DNA of 62,626 nt, the filler included, from Hausera hauseri (Eukaryota), in the NCBI GenBank assembly GCA_046269625.1. It is 12 parts of 12 records of this genome, joined end to end, with 100 filler letters (N's around TTAATTAATTAA, not from the genome) between each part and the next. Parts side by side here need not be neighbours in the genome. Positions count along the whole stretch, not along the records: positions 25,548 to 30,639 come from JBJURY010338047.1; positions 30,740 to 36,071 come from JBJURY010277617.1; 10 more parts are not named here. One strand, written 5' to 3'. Position 1 is the stretch's first letter; each line of letters starts with the position of its first letter. The translations under genes and the position numbers were made by a program. A model generated the notes under the pieces. That model was given only the letters and a program-made list of their open reading frames with translations. It ran no database searches and was not told the DNA's origin. Below are positions 25,448-36,171 of this stretch, one piece after another.

Positions 25448-25547
25448 NNNNNNNNNNNNNNNNNNNNNNNNNNNNNNNNNNNNNNNNNNNNTTAATTAAT
25501 TAANNNNNNNNNNNNNNNNNNNNNNNNNNNNNNNNNNNNNNNNNNNN

Positions 25548-26045
25548 AGAAATCAAAGTACATCGGTCCACACATTGTCAGTGCTTTTGATTCTGCCACC
25601 CATGCCTGACGATTTGCCGCTGTAGCATCATATCCAATGGTTTTCGTCAAATGAGTCGTTTTCGTGTCTGTACTGTAATTCAGAGCCGTTTCAATCAGTG
25701 CTTTGATACTGTATAGGTTGGTGTTGCCTTTGATTTTGACGCTGTTCAGAGTCAGTGAAGACTCCTGGAACAGTGTGAGGAAAAAGTAATTTTGGCCGGT
25801 GTGATATTGTCTGTTGCAGCGAGAACCGTTGATGCGCCCTTTTTAACAATGACTTTTGCATAGAGTAGCGTATTGTTCAAATCCAGGTATTCATTGTCCG
25901 ATGCCATAATGTTAAATTGAATGTCAATATCATCGGCCGTTGAAACCAAATCAACGCGGTAGATTTCTTTAAATGCCGCATTGTCAATAACAACTTGCGG
26001 CGCGCCTTTGTCAAATATACACAATTCAGATTTTGCAAATGCCAT
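25548..26045 (-). pseudogene. Polinton major capsid protein (double jelly-roll), N-terminal part
   Basis: AKSELCIFD..QVVIDNAAF.EIY..IQFNI..EYLDLNNTLLYAK, typical of the Polinton MCP N-terminus. Confidence 0.85.
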
Positions 26046-26047
26046 CA

Positions 26048-26420
26048 GTCAATCGAAAATTGTACGACGACGACGTTTGTTTATAGTTAAAAAGCCAGCT
26101 TATCTACCAAGTCCCAGTTTTCGTTTTTTCATTAAGCCACTGCCAGCGTATTGTTTCTTGGCTGATTCAAAGATTCCAGGTGCAGCGCTTTTTATTTCTG
26201 AAAATGCGTGTTCCTTAAGTGATGGGAAAATCGATTTGTTTTCATATAGTACGTCCTGTGCTGTTTTTGCTGCCAGGACACCGACACGCCTAAACACCGG
26301 CAATGCTAAGCGCGCCAATATACGCAACCATCCAGAGCCGTACTGCTTACCGATGAAATACGGCAGTTCACCGCCCTGCTGCGGTTTACCTTAAATAAAA
26401 ACGATTTCAAAATCAATTAT
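26048..26420 (-). pseudogene. Polinton small core-like protein with protease-site-like QxGG/QxGxG motifs
   Basis: QQGGELPYFIGKQYGSGWLRILARLALPVFRRVG..QYAGSGLMKKRK. Confidence 0.7.
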
Positions 26421-26424
26421 ATTG

Positions 26425-27481
26425 TTATTGTTGTTGGATTGGACGGAAATGAAGAGTTAAACTGGTTGTGGTACCGTACAAAAATTCGATAAGGTAGCTC
26501 GCGTCACATCGGATATTCACTTCAACATTGTTTATAAATGTAGATGCCACGGGTAGGTACATTAAATTATCGAGCTTGACAATGACATTTTCTCCGGCAA
26601 TGTACTTGCTACTTTCCGGATAAATTGCACGGAGTAGCGGTACACGTACTCCACCGACCAAAATCGGTTCGGTGACATTTGAGTAAATGTACATTTGACT
26701 TTGTCCCGTTTTCAGTTTGGGTTTAAGTGTTGCAACATGTGCAGCCGCCGCCGCCGTCTTCGATGCCTTAAACCGCTGTTTTTCAATACGCAATACCATG
26801 GCCAAAGCTTTGTCCAATGAAATGTCGACAATATCCTTAGCCAGTTCAAATTTAACGTAGCCATTTGCATCTGTCTCGAAAACTTTAAATATTGCCTTGT
26901 ATTTTCTACTAGAAGCAAAGTGTTGACAGAGCTGTGCTACAGATTCGCAATAGACATTGTTACCAATTGATACGTATGACCTTGACACCCGTTGTCTGGT
27001 AATATACAGGACTTAATCTTGGAGCAACTATAGTTTCACTTTTAATATTTGTACCTTTGTACTCTGTATTTGAGAATCCAAATTTCTGTGCCATCTCAGC
27101 GGACGGAAAGGTAACAGTAAATTCAAAAATTGCCATAAAAACTAAGTTTTGCTCTAAAATATAAACACCGATTTTGACGTGTGAACCGGAACCTGATTCG
27201 GTCGTGCAAATGGCTGATTCTCCAACCGTTATTTTGTTTTTAGTAAGTGTCAGAGGACAAGAATGTGTTTTGGTTTTAGTAACAGTCTTGTTGTACGTTA
27301 TTTTCATACAACCTATCAATGTCACCGGTGCGTAGGGAAAGTTAAATTCCGTCAGTGCAACCTCCCATTGTCCAACAGATAAATCCAAAAAATTTTTCCA
27401 ATCTACAACGTATTCACTACCGGAATTGTTCGAATAAGTCGTCGGACAACTGTCGCTCGGTATCACCATGTAAATACTCAT
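26425..27481 (-). pseudogene. Polinton minor capsid (penton) gene 2
   Basis: MSIYMVIPSDS..NSGSEY..LDL..WEVALTEF; MYIYSNVTEPILVG..VPLLRAI..YLPV..NIR..LTLHFRP. Confidence 0.85.
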
Positions 27482-27519
27482 GATCTCGATGAAGATCGTG
27501 AAGATGATGACGCAGTTTG

Positions 27520-28580
27520 TTTATTATCGACGTTGGCGACGTCGAAAATGTAACGTTAAATGTGCCGTTGACCCGAACAGAAATTTAATGGGTTCCCAAA
27601 ATCCATCAAAGATATACACGGAAATACTGTGCACAGTATTGTGAGATAATGATAAGTACATAGGTCTTAACATAATAACGCGAACAGTTTCATCCGATGA
27701 TGCGTATTTGTGCGTGTTAGAATCCAGTTCGATAGAAGCCAGCAGTTGTTTACGTTCTCCACCAACGAGTACAAATTCGGTTAAGTCTGTTACAATGTTG
27801 ATTCGTTGAAATGCTCAATAGAGTTTTGGTTGGTATTTAGCAACAATAGATCGGCCAGCAATGCTATGATAAAATTGACGTTGTGAAAAACCCAGGATCC
27901 GAGCCAATAATTCATCAAAGGCAAAATATGTAACATTGTCATATAGTGTAATCGAAATACGACAATCTGCGTTTATTTTACATGTCTTTACTGCTAATGC
28001 GGCCGATTTCTTGATGTATTCACACAACTCCAGTTCCGTTTCCATTAATAAATCATGTGGTATAATATAATAGCGGAAGACTGCTTCTCACTTAGTCCAC
28101 TTTACTATAATATCAGATTCCGCATCGGATGAAAGGTTGAAATTTTCATCAATTATAACATGTCCACCTAGCCGTAGACGTTTTTAGTGTACATTGACTG
28201 ATTGAAAACCCCATGCCTGAGCATCAGCCATAGATTTAAACTGCATTTCCATGGGATTTCGATGCATTAGTTTCATACGGTAGTTTAAAAAATAAGCATA
28301 AACCGAAAAATTTTCTCGCGAATAATTGCGAAGAACATATCGGTTATTTTGTCGGATTGTCCGCAAACGACTTGAAATAAGGTTAATTTCTTGTCGGGTA
28401 AAGTAAATACCACTGTTCTGACGTAGTGCCATTGGCAAAAATGTAAACATGAATTCTGTCAAAGCCAGATCCCAGGCTCAGTGGCCTAAATCAATCGGTT
28501 GGTTCAAGTGTACGGTAAACTGTTTAGCGTCATTGTCATCGTCATTACGTTGTGATAATGATATTTTATTATCAAGTATC
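27520..28580 (-). pseudogene. Polinton minor capsid (penton)-like gene 1
   Basis: FTVHLNQPIDL..WDLALTEF; LARILGF; FVLVGGERKQLLASI..MYLSLS..LTLHFRRR. Confidence 0.75.
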
Positions 28581-29582
28581 AAATAAATGCTTATCACTCA
28601 ATCTGCGATGGAAATATTCAACTCGGTGTAGTGTATCCGTGCCACTTGACAAGATATTGTTTATTCGAACTTTTGCCGCATGAACGTAGAATTTCCTGAA
28701 TACGATATACATAGAGTTTCTCGGGCAGTACCTACAGTTCCTGTTCGTAAAAATTACCGCGTATTTCCTCACCGTTTTCATTTTCTAAAATGTATATGAC
28801 AGATGTTTGTTTTGTGTTGATTGCCGAAATGGGGAAAACCTCATCGCTACAGTTCTAACTGAAATTCTTAATAAATGGTGTCGTACTCAACTTTGAAATA
28901 TGTATGTAAGCACCGATTTTATATTTTGGGTGACGTTTAATTGCCTGTAGTGCTCGTTGGGTTCGGTTTTGAAAAAGCCACATGTCCAAATTATCGATTA
29001 CATCAACCGGCCGTAATCGATTTATACCAAGATGTGTCGAATAATTGTATTAATGAATAATATCCGGCAGTACAACTATTGGGAAAACACCGAGTAGTGG
29101 TTTACACCGAACTGTTTCAAGACCGCTGCAACGTGAGAGTTGTAGAATTCCTTACCCAAATCCACTTGTAAATGCTTCGGTTGTTGTTATTGTTGTTATA
29201 TCAGTGTCTGAACAGTGTCGGCAATCGCCTTACCGGATTTAGATTTCACAGCAATTGCACGTACAAAACGACTAAACACATGAACACATGTCAGCACGTA
29301 CCGATACCCATCATTGATGCTGGCGTACCGAATGATTTCTATCAGATCCATTTGTTATACATTATTTACACCGGCAGCACGGTATGCAAGAGTTGGAAAC
29401 TGCTTTCTTATCGGTTTATTTGGGCTGTATGCTAACTGTTTCCCGAGCCAACGTTGGGTGTGTCGCCGAGTCTGTTTGACAGTCTTTGCCAGTTTGTCGA
29501 CGCCAGTATAGCCGACAGGATGACGCGGGTCAAACCACACATGGCCCATCGTTGCTGTCGATGTGTCGTTTTTACTGCTTGC
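28572..29582 (-). pseudogene. int: Polinton rve integrase with chromodomain (internal deletion removes the catalytic Glu region)
   Basis: FDPRHPVGYTGVDKL, WLGKQLAYS..KP; jumps from SVFSQ to VVLPDII, lacking KAAFVERFN. Confidence 0.85.
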
Positions 29583-29699
29583 ATTAAAACAATTAGAACG
29601 AAACGTAAATTAAAGAATCGGTAAACTTAAACAGAACGATGAAAACCATGACCCATATCGCCGAATCATCATATACTTACCGTCATTGTTTATACTATG

Positions 29700-30023
29700 C
29701 TGTTGTTGCAGAAGCATTGAGTCCACCCAGTAATACGTGGCAATCGGTAGAATTGCACCAAGGAATCATCCGTCTTGCTGGTACATAACCTCTCGCTTCA
29801 GTCGTGTACTACGGGCGTTGGCTGGGCCAATGAGCCGTTTTCGATACTTTAGTATATTGCGCTTTCCACTACCAATGTCAACGTGACCCACAACGATTTT
29901 GTATAAAATTTCCATCAAATTGTCTACTAAAAATTGCAGGAATGATCGTAGCATGTTTCGAATATGTCTCGTAGGTGACTTGAGCAAAGCAATAAAGTAC
30001 GGCTGACTACATTTGAATTGCAT
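29700..30023 (-). pseudogene. Conserved Polinton small protein ending QQDG(G)FL
   Basis: Homologue of 31884-32207. Confidence 0.75.
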
Positions 30024-30430
30024 GTTTCTCGGATTTTGCGTTTGGACGTTTTGATGTTGCTGATGATGAGATGTAGTTGTTTATAACCGTTGCCACTTTG
30101 ACGGTAATTTGAGACTAGCTGCTGCTTTTGTTGTTCGAAGCACCGAATTGATTAAATGCTTCACTGTAGCGGCGCTTCTTTTTGATACACATTTTTTGCC
30201 ACCGGACACCCGCTTGGTAATATGTTGTTAAGGTTTAACAATTTTTTTTGGAAATTCTTTATCTTTTTATTTTAATAATGTCGTCGATTTTTGAATTTGT
30301 TTATAGAGACATACACCACTTTTCTGATTGAAAATGCCTGTTCGAGCACGCATGTCCTCGGGATACTGTTGTGTAAAGTCAATAAACAGATACCCATGCG
30401 GTTTTCTCGTAGCATCATGATATGTATCAC

Positions 30431-30639
30431 ATGAAGCTAATCCGTGAAGCTGAGGAGAGCCAGAAAAAGAAGAGTGGATGGACTCTGGCAGCCATTAGGA
30501 GACTGATTATATATGTGCACAGATATTCCTCCATGTGAGGCAGCTCATATATACAGCTTCCTGAATGGATTGTAAATAAGAAAGCATGTGTCAATGTTCA
30601 AAACAATGACAACAAATGCTTCATGTATGCCATTTTATG
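30431..30639 (+). pseudogene. polB: N-terminal fragment of pPolB from a second Polinton family, opposite orientation
   Basis: KSGWTL..GSSYIQLPEWIVNKKACVNVQNNDNKCFMYAIL. Confidence 0.8.
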
Positions 30640-31010
30640 NNNNNNNNNNNNNNNNNNNNNNNNNNNNNNNNNNNNNNNNNNNNTTAATTAATTAANNNNN
30701 NNNNNNNNNNNNNNNNNNNNNNNNNNNNNNNNNNNNNNNGAATGGTAGTAGTTTACTGTTACTGTTGTCAGCTGTGATTGGTTTGCGACAACCCGTAATA
30801 CGACACTTTACCGACTGAAATATAATACATGTAAAATCCGGTGGATACTTGATAACACTGCCTCGGCTTCCATTGATTAAAAGGTAGTGTGTTAATATAA
30901 CACTCAGTAACTTGTCTGCGATAGTTGATATTAGCAAACATTATGGAAAGTGTTTCTACTATAGTTATTTATGTGTGTAACACGATTATAAAAATCATGA
31001 AAAAAGGTTG

Positions 31011-31630
31011 TATGATTTAGATGAAACTGCAGAATGATGCAATTTTCCATATTGTAGGCCCCAGTGGAAGGGGCAAAACGCACTGTGTAAACTATGGCAG
31101 AACTACCGTGACATGTTCCATTCACCGCAGTACAATCAAATATACTGGCATCAAGGTGTTTGTGATGCTGAGTCCGGTTTGACACATTGAAAATTTTTTA
31201 AGCTAAAATCGATAACGGTAATTGATTGGCTTGATGAAAACTGGTCAGAGATTACGCAACGGTGACGTTATTGTCATCGACGGTTTATTCCAGGAAGCTG
31301 CGAAACAATGGGAATTCAACAACCTGTTCACGAAGATTGCACAACACCGTGGTATAAATTATTTTCATTACGCAAAACATGTTCCATCATGACGGACAGC
31401 ATCGAACAAGAAATCTAAACGTACACTATTTGGTGTTGCTCAAAAATCCCCGTGACAAGACTATCATTGATTCTGTTGCACAACAAGCATTTCCTCACAA
31501 CCGAGCCTACTTGATAGATGTATATCATGATGCTACGACCGAGCCACACAAATATTTGTTCATCGACTTTACATACCAGTGTCCCCAATGACATGCGTGT
31601 ACGAACAGAAATTTTCAACCAGAAAGGTGT
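31011..31630 (+). pseudogene. Polinton A32/FtsK-like packaging ATPase
   Basis: Walker A VGPSGRGKT; Walker B-like VIVID; FITQNMF..RNLNVHYLVLLKNPRD..YLFIDF. Confidence 0.9.
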
Positions 31631-31860
31631 CTATAAACAAATTCAAAAATCGACGACACGATAGTGATAAAATGAAGAATTTCCGAAAAACAATTGTTAA
31701 ACGTAAACATACCAAGCGGGTGTCCGGTGGCAAGAAACGTGTATCAAAAAGAACCACTGCTACAGTCAAGCGATTAATCAATTCTGTGTTTCGTCGAACA
31801 ACAGCAGCAGTTAGACGCAAATTACCGTCAGTGACAACGGTTATAAACAACTACGATTAA
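31628..31860 (+). CDS. Small K/R-rich basic protein (putative DNA-condensing core protein)
   Basis: KRKHTKRVSGGKKRVSKR..; homologue at ~30030-30310 on the minus strand. Confidence 0.55.
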
Positions 31861-31883
31861 GATCAATACACCCACAAAAAAGC

Positions 31884-32207
31884 ATGCGATTCAAACGTAG
31901 TCAGCCGTACTTTATTGCTTTGCTCAAGGAACCTACTAGACATAAGCGAAACATGTTGCGATCATTCCCACAATTTGCAGTAGACCATTTTATGGGAATT
32001 TTATACAATATCGTGGTGGGTCACGTTGACATTGGTAGTGGAATGCGGAATTTACTAAAGTATCGAAAACGACTCATTGGCCTTGCCAACACCCGTAGTA
32101 AACGATTGAAACGAGTGGTTATGTACCAGCAAGACGGCGGGTTCCTTGGTGCAATTCTACCGATTGTCACATCATTTCTGGGTGGACACATTGGTGGAAC
32201 AGTTTAG
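31884..32207 (+). CDS. Conserved Polinton small protein with C-terminal QQDGGFLGAILP hydrophobic tail
   Basis: Intact 107-aa ORF; ILYNIVVGHV and QxGGFL motifs. Confidence 0.8.
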   Translation: MRFKRSQPYFIALLKEPTRHKRNMLRSFPQFAVDHFMGILYNIVVGHVDIGSGMRNLLKYRKRLIGLANTRSKRLKRVVMYQQDGGFLGAILPIVTSFLGGHIGGTV

Positions 32208-32318
32208 TATAAACAATGACGGTAAGTATATGATGATTCGGCGATATGGGTGCATGGATTTTATCTTTCTATCCCAGTTTATCGAATCTTTTATTTACGT
32301 TTCGTTCCAATTGTTGTA

Positions 32319-33379
32319 ATGCAAGCAAAACCGACACCATCGACGGCAACGATGGGCGATGTGTGTTTCGACACGCGTCATCTCGTCGGGTATACTGGCG
32401 TCGACAAGCTGGCAAAGGCTGTCAAACATACTCGGCAACAGACCCAACGTTGGCTCGGAAAACAATTAGCATACAGCCTAAACAAACCGATAAGAAGGCG
32501 ATATCCAACTCGTGTATACTGTGCTGCCGGTGTAAATAATATATGGTAAATGGATCTGATGAAAATGATTCCGTACGCCAGAATCAACCATGGGTATTGA
32601 TACGTGCTGACAGGCGTTGATGTGTTTAGTCGTTCTGCATGTGCAATTCCTGCGAAACCAAATCCGTTAAGGAGATTGCCGACACTGTTCAGACACTGAT
32701 GCAACAACAACAACAGCCGCAGCATTTACAAACGGATTTGGGTAAAGAATTCTACAGCACCCACATTGCAGCCGTCTTGAAACGGTTCGTCGCAAACCTT
32801 TACTCGGTGTTTTCCCAATACAAGGCTGCATTTGTTGAACGATTTAATCTAACATTGCACGGTCGCATAAACAAATTCTTTACAAAGCAAGGAAACAAAC
32901 GCTGGGTAGATATAATGTCGGATATTATTCATAAATACAACCATTCGACACATCGTGAAATAAAAGGAATGCACCCGGTTGATGTAATCGATGATTTTAA
33001 CATGTGACTTTACCAAAATCGACCAGGACGACAGGCAATTAAACGCCCAAAATATAAAATCGGTGCTTACGTACGTATTTCGAAAATAAATACGGCGCAA
33101 TTCATTAAGAATGTCAATCAGAACTGGAGAGACGAGGTTTTCCGCATTTCGGCAATCAACACAAAACCAACACCTGTTATGTACGTTTTAAATGAAAATG
33201 GTGACAAAATACGTGGTAAATTTTACGAACAGGAACTGCAAGTACTACCGGAAAAACCTAATGTGTATCGTATTTAGGAAATTCTACGTTCATGCGGCAA
33301 AGGTTCGAATAAACAATATCTCGTCAAGTGGTACGGATACAGTACACTGAGTTGGATATTTGCATCGCAGATTGAATGA
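32319..33379 (+). pseudogene. int: Polinton rve integrase with C-terminal chromodomain
   Basis: VDVFSR, LQTDLGKEFY, KAAFVERFN, YNHSTH, VRISK, GKFYEQELQ, YLVKWYGY..SWI. Confidence 0.93.
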
Positions 33380-34431
33380 TGAGCTTTATTTGGTACTTAA
33401 GTAACAGATTATCAGAACATGACAACAACAACAATACCTTTGAATGGTTTACCATGACGTTGGACCAGTCGCTCGACTTATACCAGGGAGTCTGAGAAGT
33501 GATTTGGCAGAATTCACGTTTACATTTTCACCAATAACAATATGTGAGAACAGTGGAATATACTATACTCTACTAGACAATCTGCATCTAGTCGGTTGCC
33601 GTTAGTCCAAGACTCTAATAGAACATTTCACGTTCGCAGTTACAAGCGATAATATTTCCCGGTTTAAATTTTTCATTTAAACAATCGACTGGTGCTAAAA
33701 CGCAAACATCCCATTGAATTGCAATTTAAATCACTAGCCGACGCTCAGGCATCGGGTTTTCAATCTGTCTGTGTGCCCTCGAAAGGTCTACAGCTCGATG
33801 GACATGGTATAATTAGTGAAAAATTGAACTATTCCGAAAACACCATGAAAACCACCGATATTACAGCGAAATGGCAAAAGACTGAATAATTCTTTTACTC
33901 TCATACAAAAAGAACTGGTTTTCTTACGGAAACTGAAACAGAATTGTGCGCAACCATCAAGTCAGTAGCTAAATTTGCTCTCAAGACATTTTAATTAAAC
34001 TCTGATGGTAGTATTTCGTTTTTGCTACATGATAATGTTACATATTTTGCCTTTAATGAACTATTGGCACGGAATCTAAATTTTAAGAAACGAGAATTCA
34101 GTCAAATCGGCGGCGGATGGCGCATTGTTGTTAAACACAAACCACATCTCTACGAAGTACTTCATTGAATCAATATTTTAACGGATCAAACCGAACCCAT
34201 ATATGTTGTCGGAGACCGTAAAAACCATTGGCTTCTATTGGACTGGATTTGGACACGTACAAAACATCTGGTGAAACTGCTTGCATAAATATCATCCGGT
34301 CCATGTATTTATCGTTGTCTCACAATGTTGTGCACAGTATTTACGTGTATATAGTAGACGAATTTCGGAAACCTTTTAAATTTCTGTTTGGAGCCAAGAC
34401 ATATTTGATGCTTCATTGTCGTCGTCGATAA
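33376..34431 (+). pseudogene. Polinton penton-like gene 1
   Basis: Homologous to 27520-28580; ends MYLSLS..FKFLFG..LMLHCRRR. Confidence 0.75.
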
Positions 34432-34482
34432 TAAACAAACTGCGCAATGACTATCATCATCATCATCATCATCATCGAGATC

Positions 34483-35544
34483 ATGAGTATTTACATGGTG
34501 TTGCCGAACAGCAGTTGTCCGACGACTCGTCCGAAGAATTCAGCAAGTGAATACGTTGTAGATAGGAACAATCCTTTGGAATTACTGGACAATGGAAGGT
34601 TGCACTGACGGAATTTAACTTTCCTTGCTCACCGGTGACATTGAAAGGTAGTATGAAAATAACTTGCAACAAAACTGTTACTAAAAAAAAACGCATTCTT
34701 GTCCTCCTACACTTACTAACAATAAAATAATAGTTGAAGAATCGGCCATTTGCACGACCAAAACAAATTACGGTTCACACGGCAAGATAGGTGTTTTTAT
34801 TTTACATCATAACTTACATTTTATGGCGTATTTTGAATTTACTGTCACCTTTGAGTTCTGATATGGCGCAGAAATTTGAATTCAAAAATACAGAGTACAA
34901 AATAAAGATATTAGAAATGAATATGCAGCTGCTCCAAGATTAAGTCCCGTATATTATCAGACAATGGTGAAATTTACTTATACAGCCCAAAGGGTGTCAA
35001 CGTAATACGTGTCGATATGAGACAATGTATCTTTGCAATCTGTAGCACATCTCTGTTAACACTTTTCAAATCAAAAGGAAGAGGAGATATTTAAAGTTTT
35101 CGAGTCAGATGCAAGTGGGATTATTAATTTGAACTGGCTAAGGATATTGTCGGCATTTCATTGGACAAAGCTTTGACCATGGTATTGGGTTTTGAAAAAC
35201 AACGGTTTGAGGCATCGAGTACGAAGACGGCACATGCTGCAACACTTAAACCCAAACTGAGAACTGGACTAAGTCAAATGTACATTTACGTGAACGTCAC
35301 AGAACCGATTTTGGTGAGTGGAGTACGTGTACCGCTACTCAGTACAGTTTATCCGGAAAGCAGCAAGTATATTGCTGGCGACAATGTCACTGCCAAGCTC
35401 GATAATCCAGTGTACCTACTTGTGGCACCTACATCTACAAACAATGTTGAAGTGAATATTCACTGTGAAGCGGGCGTCCTTACAGAATTTCTGTATGGTA
35501 CCACAACCAGTCTATCTTTTCATTTCCGTCGAAACCTTGATTGA
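34483..35544 (+). pseudogene. Polinton penton gene 2
   Basis: MSIYMVLPNSS.., WKVALTEFNFP, MYIYVNVTEPILV..VPLL, SLSFHFRR. Confidence 0.85.
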
Positions 35545-35851
35545 TTCTGAAATCGTTTCCATTTACAGTAAACCTCAGCAGGGCGGTGAACTGCCGTATT
35601 TTGTTGGTAAATAATATGGGTCTGGATGGTTGCGTACATTCACGTTTAGCACTTCTGGTATTGAAACGTATTGGAGCCGTAGCATCAAACACACCTTGAC
35701 AGAAATAAAAAGTGCTGCACCGGGAGTCGTTGAATCGGTGTAAAAACAATTATCTCGTAGTGCCTTGAGAAAACGTGGTAGATCAGCTAGCTTTTCAACT
35801 ATAAACAAACGTCGTCGTCGTACGATTTTCGATTGATTGATTGATAGCCAA

Positions 35852-36071
35852 ATGGCATCTGCAAAACCTGACTTGTGTATATTCGACAAAGCCGCACCAC
35901 AAGTTGTTATTGACAATGCAGCATTTGAAGAAATCTACCCCGTTGGTTTTGTTTCAACGGACGATAACATTGACATTCAATTTAACATTATGGCATCGGA
36001 CAATAAATATCTCAATGTGAACGATACACTACTCTATGTAAAAGTCGTTGTTAAAAAGGATGCATCAATGG
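35852..36071 (+). pseudogene. Polinton major capsid protein N-terminus (truncated at contig end)
   Basis: AKPDLCIFDKAAPQVVIDNAAFEEIYP..YLNVNDTLLYVK. Confidence 0.85.
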
Positions 36072-36171
36072 NNNNNNNNNNNNNNNNNNNNNNNNNNNNN
36101 NNNNNNNNNNNNNNNTTAATTAATTAANNNNNNNNNNNNNNNNNNNNNNNNNNNNNNNNNNNNNNNNNNNN

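Larger units (their letters stand above)
25548..30430 (-). mobile_element. Polinton/Maverick structural module, copy 4 (ATPase 3' end, basic protein, QxGGFL protein, integrase, two penton-like genes, small core protein, MCP); degraded
   Basis: Colinear with 30740-36071 in reverse orientation. Confidence 0.92.
30740..36071 (+). mobile_element. Polinton/Maverick structural module, copy 5; degraded
   Basis: Gene order ATPase, basic, QxGGFL, INT, penton1, penton2, core, MCP. Confidence 0.93.

Noticed and set aside
21337-25503. Long SFVR/NERT-repeat ORFs
   Set aside because: By-products of a stop-poor tetranucleotide satellite, open in many frames at once
25548-36071. One large inverted-repeat Polinton made of modules 4 and 5
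   Set aside because: They are separate, diverged contigs joined by the artificial spacer
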